Assembly: GCA_963740085.1 (NCBI GenBank)
Contig: CAVUCU010000004.1
Coordinates: 64,001-128,000 of the forward strand
Reading direction: 5' to 3'
Length of the DNA stretch: 64,000 bases
Source: Nitrospirota bacterium
Lineage (GTDB): Bacteria > Nitrospirota > UBA9217
Shown here: positions 50,320 to 60,333 of the stretch, piece by piece
How the letters are laid out: each line of letters starts with the position of its first letter
Numbering within the stretch: position 1 is the first letter of the stretch
Notes under the pieces: generated by a model
The model's input: the letters and a program-made list of their open reading frames with translations, nothing else
The model's database searches: none
What the model was told of the DNA's origin: nothing
Translations under genes and position numbers: made by a program

Positions 50320-51387
50320 TTATCGCAGGGTAATGGCTTTTTCAGGACACATCTCCTGGCAGCAAAAGCACGCAATGCAAATCTCACCATTCACCTGGGG
50401 GATATTTCCAACCATAGCTAAAGCTGATACCGGACAATGATCAACACAGGTGCCGCAGCTCGTACATTTCTCAGGGTCCGCCTGAGGGCGCAGGATCGCC
50501 CGTCCATGGATCATTGACTGCATGGCCTCATTGCGGAATAGTGCTTCTCCGCCCAACGGGGGCAGTTTGAAATCAGGCAGCGTTTTCAACTCTCCGACGA
50601 TTTCGATCGTCTTGAGATCGTAGTCGCCCAGGCCTGCCTCCTTCGCCTTCTGAAGGAATCGTAGTTTTCCCGGATCGCATCCCATCATGGTCGCAATAAC
50701 GGAGTCAACAGCAACCGCATTGTCCGACGCGAGGAGCATGCCGATGTTCCTGAGGTCAGGGGAGGCTGGGCCATTTCCTTCCATCCCGACTACGGCATCA
50801 ACGATGAATAAATCCGGTACCCGAAGCTTGAATACCTCTACAATCACTTCATTAAAATCCGCAGGGTTGCCTGCAGCCTTGTGCAGCATGGCTTTCTGTG
50901 CGCCAGGCAATAAACCGTAACTGTTCTTGATCGCTCCAGTCAGAACAGTCAGGCCATGGGTTTTAAATTTCGGCAGACTGATGACAATATCAGCGTCCAG
51001 TGCGTCTTGCGAGACGCTGACAAACGGCATATATTTGGGATTGAAAGCGACTTTCTGGGAATCATTCCCGATGTTTTTATAGTGGCCTTTGGCTGCTTCC
51101 ATCAATCCGGTTTTGGAAAAGCTCTCCTCATTCGCGCCGTAACTGAACAGGCCTGGATTATCTCCCACGATAAGAGAGGCGGGGCCCATTGTTTCCACCT
51201 TTTCAACAACAGCACGAAGAACAGCAGGATTGGTGACGATACCATCTTTTGTCTCCGAGCTTCGGAGAACGTTTGGTTTGATCAGGACTTTCTTTCCCGA
51301 TACTGTCAGGGGAAAGAGTTCAAATGCCCGGTCTACGGCTTGACGGACATTCCCATAACTGGCTGGCTGGATCATTACTTTTGACAT
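50320..51387 (-). CDS. DUF362 protein with C-terminal 2x[4Fe-4S] ferredoxin domain
   Basis: VLIKPN, PKFKTH, TGAIKN, GMEGNGP, CTSCGTCVDHCP, CIACFCCQEMCP. Confidence 0.9.
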   Translation of the reverse strand: MSKVMIQPASYGNVRQAVDRAFELFPLTVSGKKVLIKPNVLRSSETKDGIVTNPAVLRAVVEKVETMGPASLIVGDNPGLFSYGANEESFSKTGLMEAAKGHYKNIGNDSQKVAFNPKYMPFVSVSQDALDADIVISLPKFKTHGLTVLTGAIKNSYGLLPGAQKAMLHKAAGNPADFNEVIVEVFKLRVPDLFIVDAVVGMEGNGPASPDLRNIGMLLASDNAVAVDSVIATMMGCDPGKLRFLQKAKEAGLGDYDLKTIEIVGELKTLPDFKLPPLGGEALFRNEAMQSMIHGRAILRPQADPEKCTSCGTCVDHCPVSALAMVGNIPQVNGEICIACFCCQEMCPEKAITLR

Positions 51388-51391
51388 GGTT

Positions 51392-51958
51392 TTACTCCTT
51401 TTTCGCGATTGAAAATGCCCTGCCTATACGCTCACCAATGCCATGGTAGGCGCCTTGCCCCGTATCAAAAACGAGCGGCTTGACCTTCAGGATATCAGCC
51501 ATTCCCTTCTCGCCGAGCACCGACTCTTCAGCCTTGATGTCCAGGATCTCTCCGATGAATTGCGTGTGAAGACCGATTTCCAGCGTGTGGATCACCTTGC
51601 ACTCTATTATCAAGGGAAATTCTTTTACGTACGGAGCGTCAACGAGGTCGCTTCGAACAGGGGTTAGCTTTGTCATTGCAAATTTATCGACATTTCGTCC
51701 GGAAGTCATTCCCACATAGTCCACCTCTTTCACCATCGCAACCGAAGGGATGTTAAGGGTATATGCTTTGCGTTCCTTGATGCTCCCGTATGTGTAGGTT
51801 TCCTTTCGCAGGGAAATAGTGACGCAGGGAGGTTGGGAGCAGCATATCCCGCCCCATGCAATAGTCATGATGTTTGGCTTGCCGTGCGAATCATAGCTTC
51901 CAACAACCCAGACAGGGGCTGGCTGTGCAAGTGTTTTGGCGCCGAGTGATTTTTTCAT
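51392..51958 (-). CDS. Flavin reductase family protein (flavoredoxin-like)
   Basis: PNIMTIAWGG, SGRNVDKF, ECKV, HTQFIGEI. Confidence 0.9.
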   Translation of the reverse strand: MKKSLGAKTLAQPAPVWVVGSYDSHGKPNIMTIAWGGICCSQPPCVTISLRKETYTYGSIKERKAYTLNIPSVAMVKEVDYVGMTSGRNVDKFAMTKLTPVRSDLVDAPYVKEFPLIIECKVIHTLEIGLHTQFIGEILDIKAEESVLGEKGMADILKVKPLVFDTGQGAYHGIGERIGRAFSIAKKE

Positions 51959-52104
51959 AGTTGCCTCCTTAAAAAATGTCGTAAGAGACCGAAGATCGGC
52001 AATGCAGACCGGCTTATTCAGCGGAGAATACGCCGACTGTTATATATCATCATGAATATATTCCTGATCTCAGACGATGTCAATAATGTATAAAATGCAT
52101 TGAC

Positions 52105-52204
52105 CAATCATTGGCAAAGGGAAATCCACGGTGATATATTGCACGCGTTGTTGCTGCCGTTGGGAAGCGTGTGCCTCAAGTGGGTGTCCCCCCTCCGGCA
52201 CCAT
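52105..52204 (+). repeat. ~100-bp att-like element: promoter plus tRNA-Leu 3' end (copy A)
   Basis: TTGGCA, 18-nt spacer, TATATT ... GTCCCCCCTCCGGCACCAT (19/19 identical to 49270-49288); aligns along its length with 61852-61949. Confidence 0.85.
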
Positions 52205-52242
52205 TTTCTTTCATATATATTTTCGATTAATAAAATCTGTGG

Positions 52243-52260
52243 CCCTTCGCTCGGCACCAT
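52243..52260 (+). repeat. Short degenerate tRNA 3'-end copy
   Basis: CCCTTCGCTCGGCACCAT. Confidence 0.55.
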
Positions 52261-52585
52261 CCTGAGGTGCACAACCTTTCAGGCACCTAGCCCAACCGGA
52301 ATGATATTGTCAATTTTCCTCGGCAGCTTATATCAACAAAGAAACAAAACCGTGCAACATCTTCCTCACGTATAACCTCAAACCTATCAGAGAAAACCCA
52401 GGTTAAGTCTTTTTGTTTGACGGCAGTCATTTCTTTAAGGATATCACCGGACATCTTTAAAGCTCGTGAATACTCGTTTACAGGAAGCAGAACTTTGTTT
52501 GGCTGACGTTTGATATTCTCATACCTTTCAATTTCTTCCTTTAGTTTTTCACGTGGTCCTGTGAATTTGCCGACCTGATTGCTAA

Positions 52586-52935
52586 TGACAACGTTCAGGA
52601 CATCGTGGACAAAAATAATGTTCACGACAAGCAGGCACTTTATCGCAGTTGGTACTTGTATTCTTCGACCTGGATTGAATCCAGGAAGAGCTTCAGCTTT
52701 TGTTCTTTGGCGGAACCGAGAACATTTCGCCCCAGATGCTCATCCTGCAATCGCTTCGGATAAAACGAACGGGATTATAATAACCTCCACCGTCTTATCC
52801 AAGAAGTGTTTTGAAACATCATTCTTGCTCGGAAAGATCAATTTTATCTCCGACGCGGCCAGCGCCTTGAGCGGTGTGCTCCCCTTGAGCTTACTGCAGC
52901 GGTAGGCGCTGTTATGGTGGTGTTCAAAAGCCTGG
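52586..52935 (-). pseudogene. IS481-like transposase C-terminal remnant with a putative terminal repeat
   Basis: Minus-strand frameshifted fragments FEHHHNSAYRCSKLKGSTPLKAL / RFIRSDCRMSIWGEMFSVPP / KEQKLKLFLD..VEEYKYQLR*, followed by GTCCACGATGTCCTGAACGTTGTCA. Family assigned by resemblance only. Confidence 0.55.
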
Positions 52936-53144
52936 GTTGATGCTGTGGCTATTCGATTCTTAGTACAGGGTGCGCTGCATGAATAGTTCTATCTCATACA
53001 TAGTTTGATTTATCCACCTCTCGATTATTGTATCAATTCTGTATTAATTAGGCCGCCGCAAGAATAACAAAGGATTGCAGTGCCATATTTTCTTTGCCGC
53101 AAAAAAACGGACGCCGCTGCCTGAAGAATTAGTATCCATACACA

Positions 53145-53157
53145 TATCAATAAGTTA
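53145..53157 (+). promoter_or_regulatory. IHF site
   Basis: TATCAATAAGTTA fits WATCAANNNNTTR, between putative enhancer sites and the sigma54 promoter. Confidence 0.6.
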
Positions 53158-53172
53158 ACGGCTGCAATGCAA

Positions 53173-53188
53173 TGGCATGGCGATTGCT
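53173..53188 (+). promoter_or_regulatory. sigma54 (-24/-12) promoter
   Basis: TGGCAT-GGCGA-TTGCT. Confidence 0.75.
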
Positions 53189-53243
53189 ATATCATCCACG
53201 AAGTTTGGCAACAACAATCATAACTACGGATCGGGGTGCAGCA

Positions 53244-55031
53244 ATGAAGGATAAATTAGAAGCAATACGCAATAACATTCACAGACACCACGGATGGAAG
53301 TGGTTCATACTTTCCACCGTTTTGCTGGGAGCCACCATGTCGGCCCTTGATGTAAGCATCGTAAACGTGGCTGTGCCGACGCTCAAGAACACCTTCGGGG
53401 TTTCGATGGCGGTCATCGAATGGATAACAATGGCGTATATGCTTACGCTGACCATATTCCTGCCGCTGTTCGGAAGGCTGGCCGATATGTTCGGCAGGTC
53501 GAAACTCTATAATATCGGATTTGTGGTGTTCTCTGTGGGTTCGCTGTTTTGCGGCATGTCGTCCACGGCGGGATTCATGATCGCAGCCAGAATCATCCAG
53601 GCCATCGGGGCCGGGCTTCTCCAGGCCAACTCCATTGCTCTTATTACCCAGGCATTTCCAACGAACGAGAGGGGCAAAGCTATCGGCATCCAGGCAGCAG
53701 TCCAGGCGATAGCGATGTCAGTCGGCCCTTTTGTGGGAGGCATACTGATCGCCACAGTAGGCTGGCGGGCGATCTTCTATATTAATATCCCCATCGGCAT
53801 ATTGGGGACCGTTGCCGCCCTGTTTATTCTTCCGCTTGACCAGAAAGTCGAAAAGAAGGAAAAGGTTGATTACCTTGGGGCAGCGCTGTTTGCCTCAGGA
53901 TTGGCATCTATCGTGCTCGCCTTCAACGAGGGAGTGAAGCTCGGTTGGGGCTCGCAAACCATCATGATGTATTTCGTGTCCGGCGCCGTGCTCCTGTCCC
54001 TTTTCATACTAACGGAGCTAAAGGTCGAGTTCCCGCTGATAGATCTTAAGCTTTTCAGGAACGCCACCTTTTTACTGGGGAACCTGACCGGTATGCTGTC
54101 CTATTATGTCCTGTTCGCGGTCATGTTCCTGATGCCCTTTTATCTCGAAAAAGCGCTTGGCTACAGTGTCGCTCTCACCGGCGCGCTGCTGACACCCCTT
54201 CTTCTTGCGATGGCGGTAGTGGCCCCATTCTCAGGCCAAATCTCGGATAAATACGGTTCGAGGATAATGACAACTTCCGGCATGATTCTTTCCGCCCTGG
54301 CATGTTTCTCACTTGTCTTCATGGGAGTGTCCGTGCAGCTGCCCCTGCTGGTATCTGTGTTAATACTCCTCGGGGCTGGCATGGGGATGTTTATTACTCC
54401 GAACAACAGCGTCGTCATAGGGGCCGCCCCTCAGGAGAAACTGGGAGTGGCCGGAGGCGTCCTGAACATGATGCGGTCCCTTGGGCTTATCTTCGGGGTG
54501 ACCATATCAGGCGTTATATTCACTACCCTGCAGCACAAGTACCTGTCCGATAATGGGTATCCAAATGTTCAACGTGTATTCAGCAACGCCAGTATTCCGG
54601 TGTCTGTTAAAGCCAGCGCATTTATGCACGGGTTTGTGATGGTAGTTATGGTCCTTATGGCAGTTACAATTTTTTCGGCATTCCTTTCATTTATCAGAAA
54701 AGTCAAAACAATTGACATCATAGATCATGAAGCAGCGAGAACCGCTGTCGTTTCATCAGGATTTTTTAATGGCTTTGGACAGGAAAGCAGGGGGATTGCT
54801 TTATTTATAATGCTCCTGCTGTTTATCGGGGTCACCAGTGCTTTTGCTTCGTCTCGATTGAGCGGCGGTAGCGTTACAACTACGAATGCAGTGCACAGCG
54901 TACCTGCGAAGTCTGATGTCGGGAAGAACGGCGAACCTGTAAAACAAAACATCAAACAAGGCGTTGCTGCAGCCGGGCATGGCACCGGTATGCGTGACTG
55001 GGCCTTTGATCTTTTAATCAACGTCAATTAA
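53244..55031 (+). CDS. DHA2 (EmrB/QacA-type) MFS transporter with a C-terminal extension
   Basis: LDVSIVNVA, GRLADMFGR, GPFVGG, WRAIFYINIPIG, PLIDLKLF. Confidence 0.9.
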   Translation: MKDKLEAIRNNIHRHHGWKWFILSTVLLGATMSALDVSIVNVAVPTLKNTFGVSMAVIEWITMAYMLTLTIFLPLFGRLADMFGRSKLYNIGFVVFSVGSLFCGMSSTAGFMIAARIIQAIGAGLLQANSIALITQAFPTNERGKAIGIQAAVQAIAMSVGPFVGGILIATVGWRAIFYINIPIGILGTVAALFILPLDQKVEKKEKVDYLGAALFASGLASIVLAFNEGVKLGWGSQTIMMYFVSGAVLLSLFILTELKVEFPLIDLKLFRNATFLLGNLTGMLSYYVLFAVMFLMPFYLEKALGYSVALTGALLTPLLLAMAVVAPFSGQISDKYGSRIMTTSGMILSALACFSLVFMGVSVQLPLLVSVLILLGAGMGMFITPNNSVVIGAAPQEKLGVAGGVLNMMRSLGLIFGVTISGVIFTTLQHKYLSDNGYPNVQRVFSNASIPVSVKASAFMHGFVMVVMVLMAVTIFSAFLSFIRKVKTIDIIDHEAARTAVVSSGFFNGFGQESRGIALFIMLLLFIGVTSAFASSRLSGGSVTTTNAVHSVPAKSDVGKNGEPVKQNIKQGVAAAGHGTGMRDWAFDLLINVN

Positions 55032-55262
55032 GGAAATGGGATCTTGTAGGTCCCTAACATAAAATTTATATGAGGAGGTAATTTAACAATGAGCAGATGG
55101 CCTTTTCCTTGTCCGTCCTTTAGCTTCTCGCGCGAGCCATAAATGGCTTGTCCTTGTGTCCGTGTTCTTAAGTGCAACCAAGTCGGCCCTGGGTGTGAAC
55201 ATTGCAAATCGGTAATGCCGAGTGTTTGTTGAGTCACTATATTATTTTATGGAGGTTGTGTT

Positions 55263-56033
55263 ATGTTAGCAAGCTGGCTGTTTTTACTGAGCTGTAGCTT
55301 AAGCGGTTCTTTTTTATCCAGTCTGTTGGGAATAGGGGGCGCCATATTCATTATTCCTGTAATTATGTTTTTTCAAAAGAATGTACATTTGAATATGGGG
55401 ATACATCAGATAAGCGCCCTTTCCACGCTTTTCGTCTTTGTGGCGGGGAGCATCGGTTTTTGGGCGCATGGCCGGCACATGAAGATAGAAAAGCGGTTGA
55501 TCCTCATAACCGGCATTTGTGCTTCCCTCGGGGCGCTGGCAGGTGGGACGGTGCAATTCTATCTGCCGCATAATGTGATTATGACAACATTCGTTACGCT
55601 ATTGTTTCTTATCAGTTTTTTGATGCTTTGGCCCCTTAAGGTTGAGTATACTGAGATGCCCGAATATTCAATAACTAAAACGGCTATTGGTTGTTTGACA
55701 GGAGGTTTTCTGGCAGGCACGGTGGGCATAGGAGGAGGCACGATACTGGTGCCCTTTATGATCGTTTTTCTTAAGATTCCTACCAAGGCGGCCATTGCTA
55801 CCGGCTTGGCTCTGGTAATGCTGGCAGGCCTTTTTGGCTTGGTCGGCCGGATGGGCCATGCTTCCTCTGTGCCCTGGATTTTAGGCATACCTCTCTTAAT
55901 CGGCATACTGCCGGGCAGCTTGCTCGGAACCTATACCAATCGGCGGGTGCCCGCAGCCGTTCTGCGCAAGGGCTTTGCCCTGCTGATTCTGGCGCTGGCT
56001 ATTCAGCAGGTCGCAACTATTTTCATGGCATAA
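55263..56033 (+). CDS. TauE/SafE (TSUP) sulfite-exporter family permease
   Basis: Two GIGG(A/G) repeats, AIATGL; highly hydrophobic, 256 aa. Confidence 0.85.
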   Translation: MLASWLFLLSCSLSGSFLSSLLGIGGAIFIIPVIMFFQKNVHLNMGIHQISALSTLFVFVAGSIGFWAHGRHMKIEKRLILITGICASLGALAGGTVQFYLPHNVIMTTFVTLLFLISFLMLWPLKVEYTEMPEYSITKTAIGCLTGGFLAGTVGIGGGTILVPFMIVFLKIPTKAAIATGLALVMLAGLFGLVGRMGHASSVPWILGIPLLIGILPGSLLGTYTNRRVPAAVLRKGFALLILALAIQQVATIFMA

Positions 56034-56046
56034 ATTCGTAGGTATC

Positions 56047-56152
56047 GAGCCTCTTGCGGAAGTCCCGTTCATGATTCGACAGACTCTCCACGAACGGAAA
56101 GATCCTTGCGTATTCAGTGCACCGCCGCCGCATGGACTTTTGCAAGAGGCTC
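56047..56152. mobile_element. MITE with 19-bp terminal inverted repeats and an internal REP-like hairpin
   Basis: GAGCCTCTTGCGGAAGTCC ... GGACTTTTGCAAGAGGCTC (17/19); internal CCGTTCATGATTCGACAGACTCTCCACGAACGG. Confidence 0.7.
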
Positions 56153-56187
56153 AACGTTTTATAATTCCTCAGGAGCTCTTTGCATAA

Positions 56188-57801
56188 ATGTTAACGAACA
56201 GAAGGACTGCGACAAAACCTAAAAGGATAAAAAAAATACTGGAGCATTGGCATGATTTTCGCCTGAAGCTTATTTTTGAAGGTATTTTAACCGGGGCGTT
56301 TGCCGGCCTGGTCGTGGTTTGTTTTAGACTTATGCTGGGTTGGACCGGCAAGGAACTGCCCAAGGTGTTTGCCTTTCTGAGGTCGAATGCCTTTAGCTGG
56401 ACCGCATTATGGTTTGTTTCCCTTATTATCAGCGGCTTGATTTTGGCCTGGTTGATTAAGGTCGTGCCGATGTCTACCGGCAGTGGCATCCCGCAGGTGA
56501 AAGGCATTCTGTCGGGATTTTGGCGATTTGACTGGCTTAAAGTAATCGGGGCAAAGTTTATCGGGGGTCTATTGGCAATTGGGGCGGGCCTTTCCCTGGG
56601 CCGGGAAGGCCCTTCGGTGCAATTGGGCGCGGCGGCGGGTCAGGGGATCAGCCGGCTTTTGAGACGCACCAGTATGGAGGAAAAATATTTACTCACCAGC
56701 GGGTCAAGCGCCGGGCTGTCCGCAGCCTTTAATGCCCCGCTGGCCGGGGTAATGTTCGCCCTGGAGGAACTGCATAAAAACTTTTCTCCGGTGGTGCTGG
56801 CTTCTGCCGTGGCTTCCTCGGTTACAGCGGTTTTTGTCACGCGCGAAGTTTTCGGGCAAAGTTCGGTGTTTGACTTTCACAATATTCCCGTGTTGCCCTT
56901 TCATTATTACTTGTATGTCGTGGTCCTGGGCCTTTTAGTCGGGGCTTTTGGGGTATATTTCAACTCGAGCCTGGTCAGATTTCAGGTTTTTTACGAGAAA
57001 CTGCCCTTGGTGCCACAAAAATTAAAACCGGCCATTCCTTTGATAGCGGCCGGATTCCTGGGATTTGTCCTGCCCCAGGCACTGGGCGGCGGAGACGACT
57101 TGATTAATTCGTTGCCGCAGATGCACTACACGCTCTCCCTGCTCCTGGTCATTATTGCGGTCAAATTTTACTTTACCATGTTGAGCTACGGTTCGGGCGT
57201 CCCGGGCGGCATCTTTATGCCCCTCTTGGCCATCGGCGCTTTAAGCGGCAATGTGTACGGCAGTCTTGCCGCCCAATATCTCCATGTTGAGCCCATGTAT
57301 GTCAACAACTTCATCATCCTGGCCATGGCCGCATACTTCAGCGCCATTGTCAAGGCGCCCATTACCGGCAGCGTCTTGATCATGGAAATGACCGGTAACA
57401 TGGAGCAGCTTTTACCTTTAATTACCGTTTGCATGTCCGCCTATATTGCCAGTGATTTATTTAACGGCAAGCCTGTTTATGATGTTTTGTTGAACCGGAT
57501 TCTGGCTAAACACAGGACAGCTTATAAACCGAGCCCTCAGGAACATGATGAGGAAAAACATATCCTGGAAAAAGTGGTCAGTTTGGGGGCACCGGCTTGT
57601 GACAAAAAAATATGCGATATTGATTGGCCGGAGAACAGTCTTTTGGTGGGTATCAGGCGGGGGGATGCCGAATTGATCCCGGCGCATGACACGATTATTT
57701 ATCCCGGGGATTATCTGATAGTGATGTCCGGGACAGCGGTATTCTCCAATGTGCACTCCTGTATCGAGGAACTGACCGGTGGAGAGAAGGTCTGTCTATG
57801 A
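56188..57801 (+). CDS. ClC H+/Cl- exchanger with C-terminal TrkA-C (RCK_C) domain
   Basis: GSGIP, GREGP, FNAPLAG, GGIFMP; tail LVGIRRG...IPAHDTIIYPGD. Confidence 0.92.
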   Translation: MLTNRRTATKPKRIKKILEHWHDFRLKLIFEGILTGAFAGLVVVCFRLMLGWTGKELPKVFAFLRSNAFSWTALWFVSLIISGLILAWLIKVVPMSTGSGIPQVKGILSGFWRFDWLKVIGAKFIGGLLAIGAGLSLGREGPSVQLGAAAGQGISRLLRRTSMEEKYLLTSGSSAGLSAAFNAPLAGVMFALEELHKNFSPVVLASAVASSVTAVFVTREVFGQSSVFDFHNIPVLPFHYYLYVVVLGLLVGAFGVYFNSSLVRFQVFYEKLPLVPQKLKPAIPLIAAGFLGFVLPQALGGGDDLINSLPQMHYTLSLLLVIIAVKFYFTMLSYGSGVPGGIFMPLLAIGALSGNVYGSLAAQYLHVEPMYVNNFIILAMAAYFSAIVKAPITGSVLIMEMTGNMEQLLPLITVCMSAYIASDLFNGKPVYDVLLNRILAKHRTAYKPSPQEHDEEKHILEKVVSLGAPACDKKICDIDWPENSLLVGIRRGDAELIPAHDTIIYPGDYLIVMSGTAVFSNVHSCIEELTGGEKVCL

Positions 57802-57929
57802 ATTGTTGCACAACCCCTATCCTTCCACCCCCATCCCTTTAGCGGTGGGGTTGGAAGCGTGTTTTAAATAACAATTTGCGGATATACAGTAAATAATGAA
57901 TTTTGTAGAAGGTAACACGAAAGACGAAG

Positions 57930-58454
57930 ATGTCTGAAACAATCGTACGCGACATAATGATAGCTATTGACAGCTATAGCACCGTGCGTTATGACGCAAA
58001 CCTGGAGGAAGCGGTAAAAGTACTTCATAAATCTTTTTACCAGGACGACAACGGAATTACATACGGACACAGGTCCGTTTTAGTGATCGACAAGGCCGGG
58101 GAATTGACAGGCATACTCACCATCCGGAGCATGTTAAAGGCGATGGACAAGGAATTGCCGGTTCTAGGTTCGGCTCTTGGCGGTCTCCTCAGTGAGCTTA
58201 CCCCGTTGCATGGGATGCTGGCTCGCATACCGGTACGGGAGGCCATGATTCCGGTTGCAAAGGCGGCGGTGAAGGAAGATGAAACCACCGGCCACGTCAT
58301 CCATGAGCTACTTAAAAGTGAGGCCGGCATTTTGCCGGTGCTCAGCGCGGGCAAAGTCGTGGGCATATTAAGAGCCATTGATTTTTTACAAAGTGTCGGC
58401 GATATATTGAGCGAAAAACAAAGAGTAATCCTCAGCTTTTTAACAGTCTCATAG
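57930..58454 (+). CDS. CBS-domain protein
   Basis: VRDIM...VLVID..GELTGIL; VREAM...LPVLSAGKVVGIL. Confidence 0.85.
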   Translation: MSETIVRDIMIAIDSYSTVRYDANLEEAVKVLHKSFYQDDNGITYGHRSVLVIDKAGELTGILTIRSMLKAMDKELPVLGSALGGLLSELTPLHGMLARIPVREAMIPVAKAAVKEDETTGHVIHELLKSEAGILPVLSAGKVVGILRAIDFLQSVGDILSEKQRVILSFLTVS

Positions 58455-58725
58455 TAGTATTTATAGATTCTTCTCCCGCGTTCGTGCCACAGATTCCAAA
58501 GACTCCCCATCGCGCCTCGCTCTCCTCTCTGATTGCCTCATGGCATTCAGATTACAGCCGAAAAAAGGCGGCGTCAACTTCTCCCAGCATATATGTCATT
58601 GACCCTCTGTGAAAAGAAGATTGCCGTGACAGCCCTCTTAGGGTTATAATGAAAAAGTTTGTTGGATTAAGTAGTATCCATTCAGAACAGTTTTCGCGCA
58701 ATCTTCAGCAGACACAGAGGACAAC

Positions 58726-60333
58726 TTGGGCGTAATAAAGCAGGGCGGATCATCGCTTACGACAAAGTTTATGCTTGGATTAGGCATAATACTGCTGTGT
58801 GTTATTGCCATTCTTTCCTTGATTACCTATGATTATCTGAAAAAAATGTTCATCAATGAGGCCTATGAGAAGACAGACATTGTGCTGGGCCATATTGATG
58901 CTACGATGGAATATGCACGGGATGAGCTCCGTCCCCAGATATTTCATGCCCTGCCCGGGAATGTCTTCATCAAGCAGGTCATGTCCAGCACCTTTATTAA
59001 CATGGGAATCATGAAGAGGTTTAAACAGAGATTTCCCAGCTACATTTACAAAAGAGCCGCCATCGATCCCATGAATCCTGCGAACAAAGCCGATGCCTTT
59101 GAAGAAAAATTTATCAAACAATTCCAGAATGACCCGGCTTCGAAGAAACAGTGGAGGGGCCTGGTTTCCAGAAATGGCGAGGATTACTTTCTCCATGTTA
59201 AAGCTGTTGTTGCTGAAGAAGAGTGCCTGCTCTGTCACGGAGATCCCGCTTTATCACCGGAGTCCATTACCCGGCATTACGGAACGATGCATGGACGCCA
59301 CTGGAAAGTAGGTCATGTAATTGGCCTGGAGTCGATCGCAGCGCCGGTGAGCGGCACATTGCGCCAGTTGCGAAACGCTACGTTTTTCTTTTTCCTTATC
59401 CGCGTCGCCGTCATCGGGCTTTTTTTTGTAACGATGACTTATTTCCATTACCGCATGGCGGTCATGCCCCTGAGACGGGTGAGCTCTTTTTTCAAAGATG
59501 TGGTGAACCGGCACCGGGGTCTTGATATTCATTTGGACGCGCAGGACTATGGTGAAGTCAACGAACTGACCGAATCCTTTAACTGGATGATGGTGCATTT
59601 GAAAAAATCCGAAGAGGAAAGAAAAGAGATGGAGGAACGGGTGCTGCAAGCCGACAAACTAGCCTCCATAGGCCGGCTTGGCGCAGGTGTGGCCCACGAG
59701 ATCAACAATCCGCTCAGCCTGATCCTAGGCTATACAAATATGCTGCGCAAGGAATGTCCGGACGCGGGGCAGGCAAGAGCAGACCTTGATATTGTTTACA
59801 ACAACGCACGATTGTGTAAAAAGATCGTTGAAGACCTGCTCTATTTTTCAAGACAGACCAAAACAGATCTTGTCCCTACCGATATTAACGCTGCTGTCGA
59901 GTCGGCGCTGGTTCCGATGGAAGAAACATTGCGTGCCGGAGGGGTTACAGTCATCCGCGATTATGCTCCTGCGCTGCCTCCTTTGGCGGCAGACGAGGAC
60001 AAACTAAAACGGATTTTCACGAACTTTCTGCTCAACGCTTTTCAGGCAATGCAGCCCGGAGGACGTCTTACCGTCACGACCTCTTATGACAGAGAGAGAA
60101 ACGGCGTGAGGATCGTTTTTTCAGACACGGGCTGCGGTATTCCTGAGGAAATCCGGGATAAGATATTCGAGCCTTTCTTTACTACAAAACCGCCGGGAGA
60201 GGGAACAGGACTGGGGCTTGCGGTAAGCTACGGGATCGTGAAGGAGCACAAAGGGGAACTTTCGGTCATGAGCGAAAAAGGGAAGGGTTCATCTTTTACG
60301 CTTTGGTTTCCTCTTGCGGGTGACCACGTATGA
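58726..60333 (+). CDS. Sensor histidine kinase with a periplasmic heme-c (DUF3365-type) domain and HAMP
   Basis: [16 protein letters not shown] heme motif, AHEINNP, NAFQA, DTGCG, FFTTK, GTGLGL. Confidence 0.9.
   Translation: MGVIKQGGSSLTTKFMLGLGIILLCVIAILSLITYDYLKKMFINEAYEKTDIVLGHIDATMEYARDELRPQIFHALPGNVFIKQVMSSTFINMGIMKRFKQRFPSYIYKRAAIDPMNPANKADAFEEKFIKQFQNDPASKKQWRGLVSRNGEDYFLHVKAVVAEEECLLCHGDPALSPESITRHYGTMHGRHWKVGHVIGLESIAAPVSGTLRQLRNATFFFFLIRVAVIGLFFVTMTYFHYRMAVMPLRRVSSFFKDVVNRHRGLDIHLDAQDYGEVNELTESFNWMMVHLKKSEEERKEMEERVLQADKLASIGRLGAGVAHEINNPLSLILGYTNMLRKECPDAGQARADLDIVYNNARLCKKIVEDLLYFSRQTKTDLVPTDINAAVESALVPMEETLRAGGVTVIRDYAPALPPLAADEDKLKRIFTNFLLNAFQAMQPGGRLTVTTSYDRERNGVRIVFSDTGCGIPEEIRDKIFEPFFTTKPPGEGTGLGLAVSYGIVKEHKGELSVMSEKGKGSSFTLWFPLAGDHV

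Noticed and set aside
52287-52625. 112-aa minus-strand ORF in the island
   Set aside because: Its start lies within the IS-end remnant and it has no recognisable domain; probably a gene fragment.
57823-57858. Hairpin CCCCATCCCTTTAGCGGTGGGG resembling an IS200/IS605 end
   Set aside because: No tnpA or tnpB remnant nearby; an ordinary stem-loop explains it equally well.
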